This document shows positions 27,506 to 37,347 of a stretch of 64,000 nt of DNA, one piece after another. The first letter of the stretch is position 1. Each line of letters starts with the position of its first letter. Origin of the DNA: Pirellulales bacterium (GTDB taxonomy: Bacteria; Planctomycetota; Planctomycetia; Pirellulales; UBA7805); NCBI GenBank assembly GCA_029245145.1, contig JAQWPY010000005.1:11990-75989 (forward strand), in the 5' to 3' direction. A model generated the notes under the pieces. It searched no databases and was not told the origin of the DNA. It saw only the letters and a program-made list of their open reading frames with translations. A program made the translations under genes and the position numbers.

Positions 27506-30457
27506 TTGAGTGACGAGACGATGCTCTGGGAAGTCGATATCTATCCTGCGTCCGGGCAGGCTGACCGAGAAGCGAGTGAGGTGGTTGCCGATGCGGCCGA
27601 TCTCGGATTTTCCGGTTTAGAAATCGCGACGAGCCGTGGCTATCTTTTGGAGGGCGATCTTCATCCCGAAGACGTTCGCAGGATTGCCGATCAACTGCTG
27701 GTCGATCCGGTCGTGGAACGCACAGTCGTTGCCCCAGTGGGGTCAGCCGAACTGAATCAACCACCACGAAAAGATTTGCATCCGCTTCACGTTCTCCCTA
27801 AACCGGGTGTGATGGATCCCGTCGCCCAAAGCGCGATGAGTGCGATTGCCGATTTACAGATCGATGTCAGCGCAATTCGAACCCTCAAGAAGTACTGGCT
27901 CCCCGAGTTGGAAGATCGGGCAATCGAAAGGCTGGCGAGGAAAATTTTGGCGAACGATGCAATCGAACAAGTGGTATCGGGCCCACTTCATTTCAAACAA
28001 CTTCAACTGGGAACTTCGTACGATTTTGATCTGAAAACGGTCTCGATTCGCGACCTCGATACGGCTCAACTGGATCAACTCAGCCGTAGCGGCCAACTCT
28101 ACTTGCAGACGGCAGAGATGAAAACGATCCGCGATTACTACCGCAGCATTGATCGCGATCCGACCGACATCGAATTGGAAACCCTGGCCCAAACGTGGAG
28201 CGAACACTGCAGTCATAAGACGCTCGCCGGACGAATCGCCTATGAGGGACCGATCGATCGAAAAGGATCTCACGGTCAGCGGCAGTTTGAGAATATGCTC
28301 AAAGAAACAATCTTTGCAGCCACCGTCGCCATTCGTAACAAACTCCAAAATGAAGACTGGTGCGTCAGCGTTTTTGAGGACAATGCAGGGATCGTTCGCT
28401 TCGATGATGACCACAACGTGGTATTCAAAGTAGAGACCCACAATCATCCCTCCGCTCTGGAGCCCTATGGGGGTGCCAATACTGGAATCGGTGGCGTCAT
28501 CCGCGATCCTCTCGGCACGGGACTCGGAGCACGTCCGGTCTGCAACACGGACGTCTTTTGTTTTGCGCGACCTGACTATCCTGCAGACTCGCTTCCCCAG
28601 GGCGTACTCCACCCGCGCCGCGTGATGAAAGGGGTTGTTTCGGGCGTCAGAGATTATGGTAACCGCATGGGTATCCCCACCGTGAACGGAGCGCTCTATT
28701 TCGATGATCGTTATTTGGGCAATCCACTTGTCTACTGTGGGACCGTGGGAATTTTGCCCCGGGACAAATCGTTTGGATCACCCCAGCCGGGCGACCATAT
28801 TGTGGCGATCGGTGGTCGCACCGGAAGAGACGGGATCCACGGTGCGACCTTCAGTTCGGCAGAACTCACCGAAGAAAGCGAATCACTCTCCGGCGGGGCC
28901 GTTCAAATCGGTAACGCGATCACAGAAAAAATGGTGCTCGATGTCGTGCTGGTCGCGCGGGATCGCGGCCTTTACAGCGCAATTACCGATTGCGGTGCCG
29001 GAGGATTCTCCAGTGCCGTCGGCGAAATGGGTGAAAAGATCGGAGCCGAGGTCTATTTGGAAAGGGCGCCCGTCAAATACGAAGGGCTCTCCTACACGGA
29101 AATTTGGATTTCCGAAGCGCAGGAGCGAATGGTTCTTTCGGTTCCCGATAAGCACTGGGCGGCCCTCCACGACCTCTGTCGCTCTGAGGATGTCGAGGCC
29201 ACCATTATCGGTAAGTTTGTGCCGACCGGAAAACTCTCGCTCCATTACCACGATTCGGTGGTGGGTGAGTTACCGATGGATTTTCTGCACGATGGCCGCC
29301 CGCCAGTGATCCGCCAGGCCCAATACCAACCGCCAGTTGAGCAGCCCTTAACGCCTTCCGGAAATCAGCTGGACTGTGGTGAATCGCTTCTTGCCATTCT
29401 TAGCTCACTGAATGTTGCAAGCAAAGAATGGGTCATCCGTCAGTACGACCATGAAGTTCAGGCGGGCAGTGCGGTCAAACCGCTTGTGGGAGTCGCCAAT
29501 GACGGGCCATCCGATGCGGCCGTCGTGCGCCCACTCCTTTCTTCGCGACGGGGAATTGTCGTCGCCTGTGGCATGAACCCCCATTACGGCGACCTTGATA
29601 CGTACCACATGGCTGCCAGTGGAATTGACGAGGCCGTGAGAAATTGTGTGGCCGTGGGTGCAGATCCGTCGCAAATCGCAATCCTCGATAACTTTTGTTG
29701 GGGCGATTGCGAGAAGGCCGAAACACTCGGTGCATTGGTCCGTGCCGCACTCGCCTGCTACGACATGGCCGTAGCGCTCGATACGCCGTTCATCAGCGGC
29801 AAAGACAGTTTGAATAATGAGTTCAGTTTCATGATGGATGGCGAAAAACGATCGATTGCCATTCCCTCCACCCTGTTGATCAGTGCGATGGGGCAAGTCG
29901 AATCGGTAGATCAATGCGTGACCATGGACTTCAAGAGCCCCGGAAACCGAATCTACCAAGTGGGGGTGACCCGGAATGAATTGGGGGGATCACACTTTGC
30001 TCTCGTCAACCAACTCTCCGGCGGTCGCGTTCCACAGGTCGACCCCAAAATGGCGAAGACCACGTTTCACGCCCTCCACCAGGCAATTCGTCAAGGTATG
30101 GTTCGCAGTTGCCACGACCTGAGCGAAGGTGGGCTCGCGGTCGCGATTGCGGAGATGGCCTTCGCCGGCGACTGGGGTGCTGAGGTTGAACTGGCAGGCG
30201 AACAACACGAAATCGACACCGAAATCGAAGCACTGTTCAGTGAGTCGAACAGCCGATTTCTCTGCGAAGTACCCGATAACGTTGCCCCCCGATTCGAAGC
30301 ACTGTTTGAAAACTCAGAACCGACGATCACGTTCGCACATATCGGCACGGTGACGGAGGGCAAGAATTTGGTAATTCGAGGCGAGAACGACAGACCGCTC
30401 GTCGATCTTTCGCTGCGGCAGTTAAAAGAAGCTTGGAAGAAACCGCTCGATTGGTAG
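27506..30457 (+). CDS. purL: phosphoribosylformylglycinamidine synthase subunit PurL with N-terminal PurS-like modules
   Basis: [15 protein letters not shown] and the duplicated AIR-synthase-like fold. Two PurS-like segments of about 170 aa in total precede the PurL core. The track start is TTG, and an ATG at 27521 is more likely. Confidence 0.9.
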   Translation: MSDETMLWEVDIYPASGQADREASEVVADAADLGFSGLEIATSRGYLLEGDLHPEDVRRIADQLLVDPVVERTVVAPVGSAELNQPPRKDLHPLHVLPKPGVMDPVAQSAMSAIADLQIDVSAIRTLKKYWLPELEDRAIERLARKILANDAIEQVVSGPLHFKQLQLGTSYDFDLKTVSIRDLDTAQLDQLSRSGQLYLQTAEMKTIRDYYRSIDRDPTDIELETLAQTWSEHCSHKTLAGRIAYEGPIDRKGSHGQRQFENMLKETIFAATVAIRNKLQNEDWCVSVFEDNAGIVRFDDDHNVVFKVETHNHPSALEPYGGANTGIGGVIRDPLGTGLGARPVCNTDVFCFARPDYPADSLPQGVLHPRRVMKGVVSGVRDYGNRMGIPTVNGALYFDDRYLGNPLVYCGTVGILPRDKSFGSPQPGDHIVAIGGRTGRDGIHGATFSSAELTEESESLSGGAVQIGNAITEKMVLDVVLVARDRGLYSAITDCGAGGFSSAVGEMGEKIGAEVYLERAPVKYEGLSYTEIWISEAQERMVLSVPDKHWAALHDLCRSEDVEATIIGKFVPTGKLSLHYHDSVVGELPMDFLHDGRPPVIRQAQYQPPVEQPLTPSGNQLDCGESLLAILSSLNVASKEWVIRQYDHEVQAGSAVKPLVGVANDGPSDAAVVRPLLSSRRGIVVACGMNPHYGDLDTYHMAASGIDEAVRNCVAVGADPSQIAILDNFCWGDCEKAETLGALVRAALACYDMAVALDTPFISGKDSLNNEFSFMMDGEKRSIAIPSTLLISAMGQVESVDQCVTMDFKSPGNRIYQVGVTRNELGGSHFALVNQLSGGRVPQVDPKMAKTTFHALHQAIRQGMVRSCHDLSEGGLAVAIAEMAFAGDWGAEVELAGEQHEIDTEIEALFSESNSRFLCEVPDNVAPRFEALFENSEPTITFAHIGTVTEGKNLVIRGENDRPLVDLSLRQLKEAWKKPLDW

Positions 30458-30506
30458 ACCAACACACGAACAACAAAGACCACATTCATCTTCGAGGAAA
30501 TGGGCC

Positions 30507-31298
30507 ATGAGCCGCCCCCACGCGTTAATCCTAAGAGCGCCCGGAACGAACTGTGACCGGGAGACAGCCTTTGCCTTGCAAACGGCTGGTGCCGAAACTC
30601 GGATCCTTCACGTCAATCGCGTACTCGAAAACCAAAAGGATTTAGACGAGTTCCAAATCCTTTGTCTTCCCGGCGGCTTCAGCTATGGCGACGACGTGGC
30701 GGCAGGTCGCATCCTCGGCAATCAAATCCGCCATCACCTTGCCGAAGCAATGTATAAGTTCCGTGATGCCGGAAAATTAATTCTGGGCATTTGCAACGGG
30801 TTTCAAGTACTCATTAAATCGGGATTACTCATCGGGTCACAGGATGTTTCCGAGTCCAATAATATGGCAGGAACGCTGACCTGGAACGATTCAGGAAAAT
30901 TCGAAGACCGTTGGGTCCACCTGGAAACCTGCGGTAACAAATCTCCCTTTCTTGAGGGAATTGAAAAGATGTATTTGCCCGTGGCCCATGCGGAGGGCAA
31001 ATTTGTCGTCAAGTCACCCGACCGACTCGATGCCCTTGCCACCGAGGGGCAGCTCGTGCTTCGCTATTGCGATCCATTTAAAAGCTCCGAGGCGCCGGTA
31101 ACATTTCCGGAGAACCCGAATGGCTCGGTCGAAGCGACAGCCGGTATTTGCGATCACACGGGTCGTGTCCTCGGCTTGATGCCACATCCGGAGCGCTATA
31201 TCGACCGCACGCAGCACCCGCGATGGACCCGCGGGGAGGGGGGCGCGGAGGGTGATGGCTTGGCAATGTTCAAGAATGCCGTCTCTTACTTCAGCTAA
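30507..31298 (+). CDS. purQ: phosphoribosylformylglycinamidine synthase glutaminase subunit
   Basis: Class I glutamine amidotransferase: LPGGFSYGD, nucleophile GICNGFQ, and MPHPER with the catalytic His. Confidence 0.9.
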   Translation: MSRPHALILRAPGTNCDRETAFALQTAGAETRILHVNRVLENQKDLDEFQILCLPGGFSYGDDVAAGRILGNQIRHHLAEAMYKFRDAGKLILGICNGFQVLIKSGLLIGSQDVSESNNMAGTLTWNDSGKFEDRWVHLETCGNKSPFLEGIEKMYLPVAHAEGKFVVKSPDRLDALATEGQLVLRYCDPFKSSEAPVTFPENPNGSVEATAGICDHTGRVLGLMPHPERYIDRTQHPRWTRGEGGAEGDGLAMFKNAVSYFS

Positions 31299-31792
31299 AG
31301 AATCCCCTTCCCAAAACCTCGCTCCTCCGTCTGGGGCATCATCCGGTGATTCGTATCAAAGTGGGGTTCCGGTGGATCGAGATCGATATCGTCGTAGCGG
31401 GAAATATATCCCGGCAACTTGGATTTTTCGATTTCACGATGAAACTCTTCAACCACTCGCGACTGAATCATTTCCCGACATACCGAATTGATCGGATGCG
31501 CGATGTCTGCATGCAACTTCGCACGGCCCTCCTCGTCACGATCGATCCGATCTCGATCTAACTCGCTGCCGCATTGATTGCAGAATCCTGCCCGAAGATG
31601 ATTTTTATTTCGACACGTCGGGCAATGCGAAGTCAGTTTTCGACTCGGCATGGCGACAAACGGACCTCGGGTCCCTTCAATAATTTTCAAGTCCCGTATC
31701 ACAAAACAGTGATCAAAAGTAATTGAGCAAAAGGCTTTAAGCCGATCGCTCCCTTCCTCGATAAGTTTAATGCGAACTTCGGTTACTTCCAC
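31295..31792 (-). CDS. spoVG: SpoVG family protein with inserted zinc-ribbon
   Basis: [10 protein letters not shown]...[30 protein letters not shown] and DIAHPINS match SpoVG. About 45 aa are inserted between them, containing CPTC...CNQC. Confidence 0.8.
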   Translation of the reverse strand: MEVTEVRIKLIEEGSDRLKAFCSITFDHCFVIRDLKIIEGTRGPFVAMPSRKLTSHCPTCRNKNHLRAGFCNQCGSELDRDRIDRDEEGRAKLHADIAHPINSVCREMIQSRVVEEFHREIEKSKLPGYISRYDDIDLDPPEPHFDTNHRMMPQTEERGFGKGIL

Positions 31793-31827
31793 GATCTACC
31801 CCCTGTGGACCCTAGCTATCTATTTCC

Positions 31828-32745
31828 TTATCCAACGTTGTTTACTGCAAACACCTGGCCAATATTTCTCGCACGTAAACGAGCGGCAATACGATGCGCC
31901 TCCGCCCTATGACGCGTCAGCCCGAAACATCCCGTCCCACTACCGGTCATCTGGTGGAGTTGGCAGCCGGCGGCATCCATCGCAGAGCGAACCCGATCGA
32001 TCCACGGAGAGAGTGTTCGGGCCGTATCCTCCAATCGATTGTGCAACCCTTCCTTCCAATCTCTCAGTGAACCGGTTTGCAGCGCGTTCACCGCAGAACG
32101 AACTCCTTTGGGATCGGCAGGCACGTTAGCCGCTCTGTAGACGGCAGCCGTTGAAAGCCCTTGCGGAGGAACCACCACCACCGCGCAAATTTGCCCAGCA
32201 GCCGGTAGTGGCTCGAGTTGCTCCCCACGACCTCTACCGATTGCGGCACCCCGCGAGAGAAAAAAAGGAACGTCACTACCGAGTTCGGCAGCCAACTCCA
32301 TTAACTGCTTTCTGGACCACCCCAGCCCCCAACCGCGATTCGCTAATTTCAACGCGACCGCAGCGTCACTCGATCCACCACCGAGGCCGGCCTCCGCCGG
32401 AATTCGCTTGCACAGCGTAACCTGTGCCTTCTGTTCGGTACCACTTCGCTGCCGCAAAAGTTCAAGTGCCCGGACGACGAGGTTCTGACGATCGGAGGGA
32501 ATGTCTTGCTGACTCGAGTCGCTCCTCGGATAAAACTGCTGCAAGTGGAAGTCGATACCACACTCTTCCGGAACAGCCAACGCATTACCCGCAAACGGAT
32601 GGAAAGTCACCGTATCGTAGAGCGATATGGGAACCATCAACGTTTCCACGTCGTGGTATCCATCATCCCGCCGAGCGATGAGTTCAAAGTAGAGGTTCAG
32701 CTTGGCGGGCGCGTGGCACACCAACCCCTCCGCGGTCGCTAACAT
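31828..32745 (-). CDS. ispE: 4-(cytidine 5'-diphospho)-2-C-methyl-D-erythritol kinase
   Basis: APAKLNLYFELIARRDDGYHDVETL and the GHMP kinase loop PAEAGLGGGSSDAA. Confidence 0.9.
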   Translation of the reverse strand: MLATAEGLVCHAPAKLNLYFELIARRDDGYHDVETLMVPISLYDTVTFHPFAGNALAVPEECGIDFHLQQFYPRSDSSQQDIPSDRQNLVVRALELLRQRSGTEQKAQVTLCKRIPAEAGLGGGSSDAAVALKLANRGWGLGWSRKQLMELAAELGSDVPFFLSRGAAIGRGRGEQLEPLPAAGQICAVVVVPPQGLSTAAVYRAANVPADPKGVRSAVNALQTGSLRDWKEGLHNRLEDTARTLSPWIDRVRSAMDAAGCQLHQMTGSGTGCFGLTRHRAEAHRIAARLRARNIGQVFAVNNVG

Positions 32746-33047
32746 CGAGTCGTTTCCCTGCTTCGTTGCTAAAAGCGTGTGAACGTTCGGACTGCAAACG
32801 AAAAGCTGACTCCGATAAATTCCTCACAATCCCTCTTCAATGGGAATCCGTACCCAGGGACTCCGGGTCAGGCCGCATTTTACCCCTTAAAAAGCAATAA
32901 TCAAGTTTTTCCCCCTATCCCCTGACTGCGTCGCTAGTTAAATAGGATCGCGCGGATGGTAAATTTCATTCGTTCCCCGCACCGCGGGTACGATTCGCAC
33001 AAGCGCGGCGCCAGCAGCCAATCGATTCGCTGAAAGGGTACCCTCCA

Positions 33048-33980
33048 ATGAAGAAAACCGATGCTGCCCATTTCCTTCGGGGCCTGATGATGGGAACCGC
33101 CAACATTATCCCGGGGGCTTCGGGCGGAACCGTGGCATTAATCCTCGGTATCTATCGGCGGCTCATTGCGGCAATCAGTCACTTTGACCGTCAGTGGATA
33201 GGCTTGGTCTTCGGCGGCCGATGGCACACTGCCGCGCAACACGTTGACTTGCGATTCCTGATATCGCTCGGATTTGGAGTGGTGTCGGGCACCCTGATTT
33301 TTGGCAGGCTGATTCATGGCCTGCTCACCGGATATGATGCCGGAGAATACCAGGGAGGAACCTTTGCTGTTTTCTTCGGCTTCATTGCAGCCTCCACACT
33401 CCTCGTCGCCCGGCGCGTTTCCCATTGGAATATTGCGGGCTGTCTGCTGGCGATTATCAGTGGCGTAGTTGCCTATGCAATTGCCGCTTCATCCCCCGGC
33501 GCAAGCGATAAACCGGCAAGCTTCATCTACCTGCTTTGTTGCGGCGCGGTGGCGATCTCTGCCATGATCTTGCCCGGAATCAGCGGTGCGCTGCTGCTGA
33601 AAATGATGGGCGTCTACACCCAGGTCACCGGCTATTTGTCAGAGTTTTCGAAAGCACGATTCACCGCCGATAATTTGCTGGGGGTCTTTGTGTTTGTCGT
33701 CGGTTGTGGAGTTGGACTTCTCCTTTTCACGAAACTGCTTCGTGTACTCTTAAGCCGTTACTACGACTTGACCCTGTCTGCACTCTGTGGATTTATGGCT
33801 GGTTCGCTGCGCAGTTTATGGCCATGGGATACACAACAACCGTTGGTCACATCGCTTTGGCAGCAAATCGCTTTGTTCGTCTCCCTCGCAATCGCCGGAG
33901 CAATCAGTATCTTGCTCCTGGAGAAATCGGCCATCGTCGAAAAAGACCCAGAAGAGTCGACGGATCTCGCAGCGGAATAG
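33048..33980 (+). CDS. DUF368 family membrane protein (undecaprenyl-phosphate translocase family)
   Basis: Polytopic membrane protein with two IIPG[AI]SGG-type motifs (NIIPGASGGTVALILGIY, ILPGISGALLL). Confidence 0.8.
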   Translation: MKKTDAAHFLRGLMMGTANIIPGASGGTVALILGIYRRLIAAISHFDRQWIGLVFGGRWHTAAQHVDLRFLISLGFGVVSGTLIFGRLIHGLLTGYDAGEYQGGTFAVFFGFIAASTLLVARRVSHWNIAGCLLAIISGVVAYAIAASSPGASDKPASFIYLLCCGAVAISAMILPGISGALLLKMMGVYTQVTGYLSEFSKARFTADNLLGVFVFVVGCGVGLLLFTKLLRVLLSRYYDLTLSALCGFMAGSLRSLWPWDTQQPLVTSLWQQIALFVSLAIAGAISILLLEKSAIVEKDPEESTDLAAE

Positions 33981-33988
33981 CAGCGGAT

Positions 33989-34846
33989 CTAGGCCCTGGC
34001 CAGTCGATGGAACTTTTCGATCAAATCGCGAGTGATCGGACCGGGAGTGCCGTCACCGATCGATCGACTATCGACTTCAATCACTGGAATCACCTCGGCT
34101 GCGGTCCCAGTCAAGAAACATTCGTCTGCAATGAAGACGTCGTGGCGCGTGAGAGGAATTTCATGAACCGCCAACCCCGATTCGATTGCCAACTCAATCA
34201 CTGCCTGCCTCGTCACGCCATCGAGAATACCCGCTTCACGCGGCGGGGTGAGGAGTTCGCCGTGGCGGACTAGAAAGATATTATCGCCCGTACACTCGGC
34301 GACTTCACCCTTATGATTCAGCATCAGGGCTTCTATGCATCCGGCCTGCTTGCCTTCAATTTTCGCCAAAATGTTATTGAGATAATTCAGTGACTTGATT
34401 CGAGGACTCAGCGCAGCAGGATGATTGCGAACCGTGCTGACGGTCACGATTTTAAGTCCATTCGCATAAAACTCTTCCGGATAGAGTGTGATTCGATCGG
34501 CAATAATTATTACCTGGGGATCGCTCGTCTGGGCGGGGTCAAGCCCGAGAGTCCCGACGCCACGGGTCACGACTAATCGGGCGTAACCATCATCGATCCC
34601 ATTGACTTGGAGCGACTCATTCACTGCGTCGGTCATCTCCTGGTGGCTGATCGGAATTTCGAGGTGGATTGCCTTTGCCGATTCCCAGAGTCGATCAAGG
34701 TGCTCACGGAGGCGAAAAACTTTTCCCCCATAACTTCGCAGGCCCTCGAAGACACCGTCACCATATAACAGGCCGTGATCGAATACGCTGATTCGCGCAT
34801 CCTCTTGTTCATAAAACGTGCCGTTAATGTAGACTTTTGCTGCCAC
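33989..34846 (-). CDS. ilvE: branched-chain amino acid aminotransferase (class IV fold)
   Basis: 285 aa. GLLYGDGVFEGLR, the catalytic-Lys region RIKSLNYLNNILAK, and LTGTAAEV. A D-amino-acid aminotransferase cannot be excluded by eye. Confidence 0.75.
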   Translation of the reverse strand: MAAKVYINGTFYEQEDARISVFDHGLLYGDGVFEGLRSYGGKVFRLREHLDRLWESAKAIHLEIPISHQEMTDAVNESLQVNGIDDGYARLVVTRGVGTLGLDPAQTSDPQVIIIADRITLYPEEFYANGLKIVTVSTVRNHPAALSPRIKSLNYLNNILAKIEGKQAGCIEALMLNHKGEVAECTGDNIFLVRHGELLTPPREAGILDGVTRQAVIELAIESGLAVHEIPLTRHDVFIADECFLTGTAAEVIPVIEVDSRSIGDGTPGPITRDLIEKFHRLARA

Positions 34847-34910
34847 AGGAATCTCTACTTTCGATATCTGAATGATCGGCTCCGAACGGCAGGAGCATCA
34901 TCGACCTCAC

Positions 34911-35723
34911 TCACTCGATCCGCCCCTCCACCAGCCTCACCGTGCGGTCTGCCTGTTCTGCGAGTTTTTCGTCGTGTGTGACCATGACTATAGTGAGATT
35001 TTCTGTTGCGTTCAAGTTTCGCAAAATCTCGAAAATCTCCTGGCCTGCGGCGCGATCGAGATTTCCCGTCGGCTCGTCTGCCAAAAGTACCTGCGGGCCA
35101 TTCACTAGTGCACGGGCGATGGCGACCCGTTGCATTTCACCACCCGAAAGCTCTCTCGGCTTGTGCTTACGGCGGTGACTCAAATGAACCTTCTCTAGAA
35201 GTTCGGCAGCCCGCCGACGGAAAGCCCACCGCTTGCTGAGATATCCAAAAAATCCCTGGCCGATCATGAGCGGCAACAGGACATTCCCCTCGGCATTCAG
35301 TTCGGGCAACAGATGGTAAAACTGAAAAATGAGGCCGAACGTGTTGTTTCGCAAGCGGTCTCTTTTGCGAGCCGCCAGATTATCGATCCTCTGATCGGAA
35401 AAAACAATCTCGCCCGCGTCAGGTTGGTCGAGCGTACCGAGAATATGTAAAAGCGTACTCTTTCCGCAGCCGCTTTGACCCACAATCGCTACAAATTCAC
35501 CTTCGCGAATATCGAGATCAACGCCACGCAGTACGGGGATGACATTGGAGCCCCTCTGATAATTCTTCTTCAAACCGCGAACCGATATCTGAACGGGTGT
35601 GTTGCTTTTCGGTTCGTGGTCGTACCCAGCAGAGCAAGAGAGGTCAGGCCGATTTTGCGAAAGCACTGCGCCCGTCGCGGAAGCTGTTCTTTCGTGAGAT
35701 GCATGGCTGGTAATATCACTCAT
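34911..35723 (-). CDS. lolD: ABC transporter ATP-binding protein (LolD/MacB-type)
   Basis: Walker A GQSGCGKST, signature LSGGEMQR, Walker B LLADEPTGNLD. The ATG at 35723 overlaps the upstream stop by 8 nt (ATGAGTGA). Confidence 0.85.
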   Translation of the reverse strand: MSDITSHASHERTASATGAVLSQNRPDLSCSAGYDHEPKSNTPVQISVRGLKKNYQRGSNVIPVLRGVDLDIREGEFVAIVGQSGCGKSTLLHILGTLDQPDAGEIVFSDQRIDNLAARKRDRLRNNTFGLIFQFYHLLPELNAEGNVLLPLMIGQGFFGYLSKRWAFRRRAAELLEKVHLSHRRKHKPRELSGGEMQRVAIARALVNGPQVLLADEPTGNLDRAAGQEIFEILRNLNATENLTIVMVTHDEKLAEQADRTVRLVEGRIE

Positions 35724-37296
35724 AGCGCAGGGCCTCCACTGGATGCAGACGGGCTGCCCGAAGTGCGGGAAGCACACTTGCAATGACCGCGATCGCCATC
35801 GCACCCATAATGACCCAGACAATCATCTGTGGATCGACCAGGGTCGGAATTTCCTGAAAATAATAGATCGATGGATCGAAGACCGGCTGACCACTGATCC
35901 ATTCCACACTGCGTCTCACGTGATCGATGTTGTTAACAAACAGCAATCCCAACACAAGGCCGGCACCCGACCCGACACTGCCGAGAAGAAGACCGTAGGA
36001 AAGGAAGATTGCCATCACGCCTCCACCCGACGCACCGAGCGACTTGAGAATGCCGATATCTTTTGTCTTCTCCACCACAATCATGAAAAAGATGGCCAGA
36101 ATTCCGAAGCCCGCGACAGCAATAATCAAAAACAGCAGAATGTTCAAAATGGCCGTTTCCATCTGAACGGCCGCAAGCAGAGGACCTTGCTTGTCTCGCC
36201 AGGTCGAAATGGCGTACAACTCCGGCGGGAAGGCGGCTCGCAATTTATCGCGCACCGCTTCAATATCCGCACCTTCGCGCAGCTTCACCTGTATCGAATT
36301 GACATTGGCGACACCGGTCGACGGATTAATCATGCCCCGCATTTCTTGAAGCTTCTCAATCGGCGCGAATACGAATGCCGAGTCGTATTCGCTCATTTTA
36401 CTCTGGTAAAAATCGACCACCGTAAAACTCCCGCTGACCGCCTTGGGTGGCGTACCCGCTGTGGGAAAGGTGAGTTTAACGTCGTCACCTGGGAGTACCA
36501 AAAAGTAATGATCTCCCTCGCGGCCCAACACTTGTGCAAGTGCATAGCCGATGATGACCCCCGTCTCTTGTTGAGTTGCCTTGTCATAAACTTGGTCTTC
36601 ACTCACCGGCCCCCACTGCTGCACCACACCTGCCTCGCTTTCCGCAGCTCGCAAAGGGGTTGCAATACCCGAGAATGGATCTGCACGACCGACGCGCTCG
36701 GGCACCGCAAGTTGGGGATTATTTTTCTTTTGGGCAGCGACCCATGCTTTCTCTTCCGCCCCGATTCTTCGACGATGGGGCCACCCGGCCATCTCCATGC
36801 CATGTCGATACGGTGACTCTTCGCCCAATTCGCGATCTTGTACGTCGTACCCCCCATCCCGAAGCTGAAAGCTCGGTGCATCGCGATTTTTGGGGTGCTG
36901 TAAGTAGTCAGCGCAATCACTCACCAGAGAATAGGTTGCCGGATCGATGCCAATAAAATTGACTTGGCGATGTACCCACCGCTGACCAACGCGATAATTG
37001 AGCATAGCCGGCACGTGGACCGTGGGAGTCATTGCCTGAATGTCATCGCCCGCAATCTGTCGAATGCGCTGCATATGCCACTGGCTATCGGCAAAACCTT
37101 CGAGACCATGCCCATCAAACACGATATCAGAGAGAATGCCATGAATACGAAATTGCATTTCGTGCGTAAAACCGCTCATCACACTGTTCACGACAATCAG
37201 CGTCGCGACACCGAGCGTGACACTGATGACCGAGGCGAGCGCAATATACCGCGTCTGCAGGTATCGCCAACAGAGAACAAGCTTGTACATGGCCAA
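35716..37296 (-). CDS. ABC transporter permease, LolC/E (FtsX/MacB) family with enlarged periplasmic domain
   Basis: N-terminal TM helix, a periplasmic domain of about 330 aa, and a C-terminal three-helix FtsX-like bundle (DIGILKSLGA). It ends in ALRYE. Confidence 0.8.
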   Translation of the reverse strand: MAMYKLVLCWRYLQTRYIALASVISVTLGVATLIVVNSVMSGFTHEMQFRIHGILSDIVFDGHGLEGFADSQWHMQRIRQIAGDDIQAMTPTVHVPAMLNYRVGQRWVHRQVNFIGIDPATYSLVSDCADYLQHPKNRDAPSFQLRDGGYDVQDRELGEESPYRHGMEMAGWPHRRRIGAEEKAWVAAQKKNNPQLAVPERVGRADPFSGIATPLRAAESEAGVVQQWGPVSEDQVYDKATQQETGVIIGYALAQVLGREGDHYFLVLPGDDVKLTFPTAGTPPKAVSGSFTVVDFYQSKMSEYDSAFVFAPIEKLQEMRGMINPSTGVANVNSIQVKLREGADIEAVRDKLRAAFPPELYAISTWRDKQGPLLAAVQMETAILNILLFLIIAVAGFGILAIFFMIVVEKTKDIGILKSLGASGGGVMAIFLSYGLLLGSVGSGAGLVLGLLFVNNIDHVRRSVEWISGQPVFDPSIYYFQEIPTLVDPQMIVWVIMGAMAIAVIASVLPALRAARLHPVEALRYE

Positions 37297-37347
37297 TCCT
37301 TTGGCAAAGACAAGGTTTCAAGGGATTTTCAAATCAGTAACAAATAA

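Noticed and set aside
35743-36816. A long antisense ORF of 357 aa on the plus strand inside the LolC/E-like permease gene. Similar cases are 54772..55761 (329 aa), 27854..28612 (252 aa), 42118..42918 (266 aa), 11729..12358 (209 aa) and 38173..38796 (207 aa).
   Set aside because: Each lies entirely within, and antisense or out of frame to, a gene with clear family motifs. Their translations are Arg/Pro/Ser/Gly-rich with no recognisable motifs. This is typical of shadow ORFs in GC-rich DNA.
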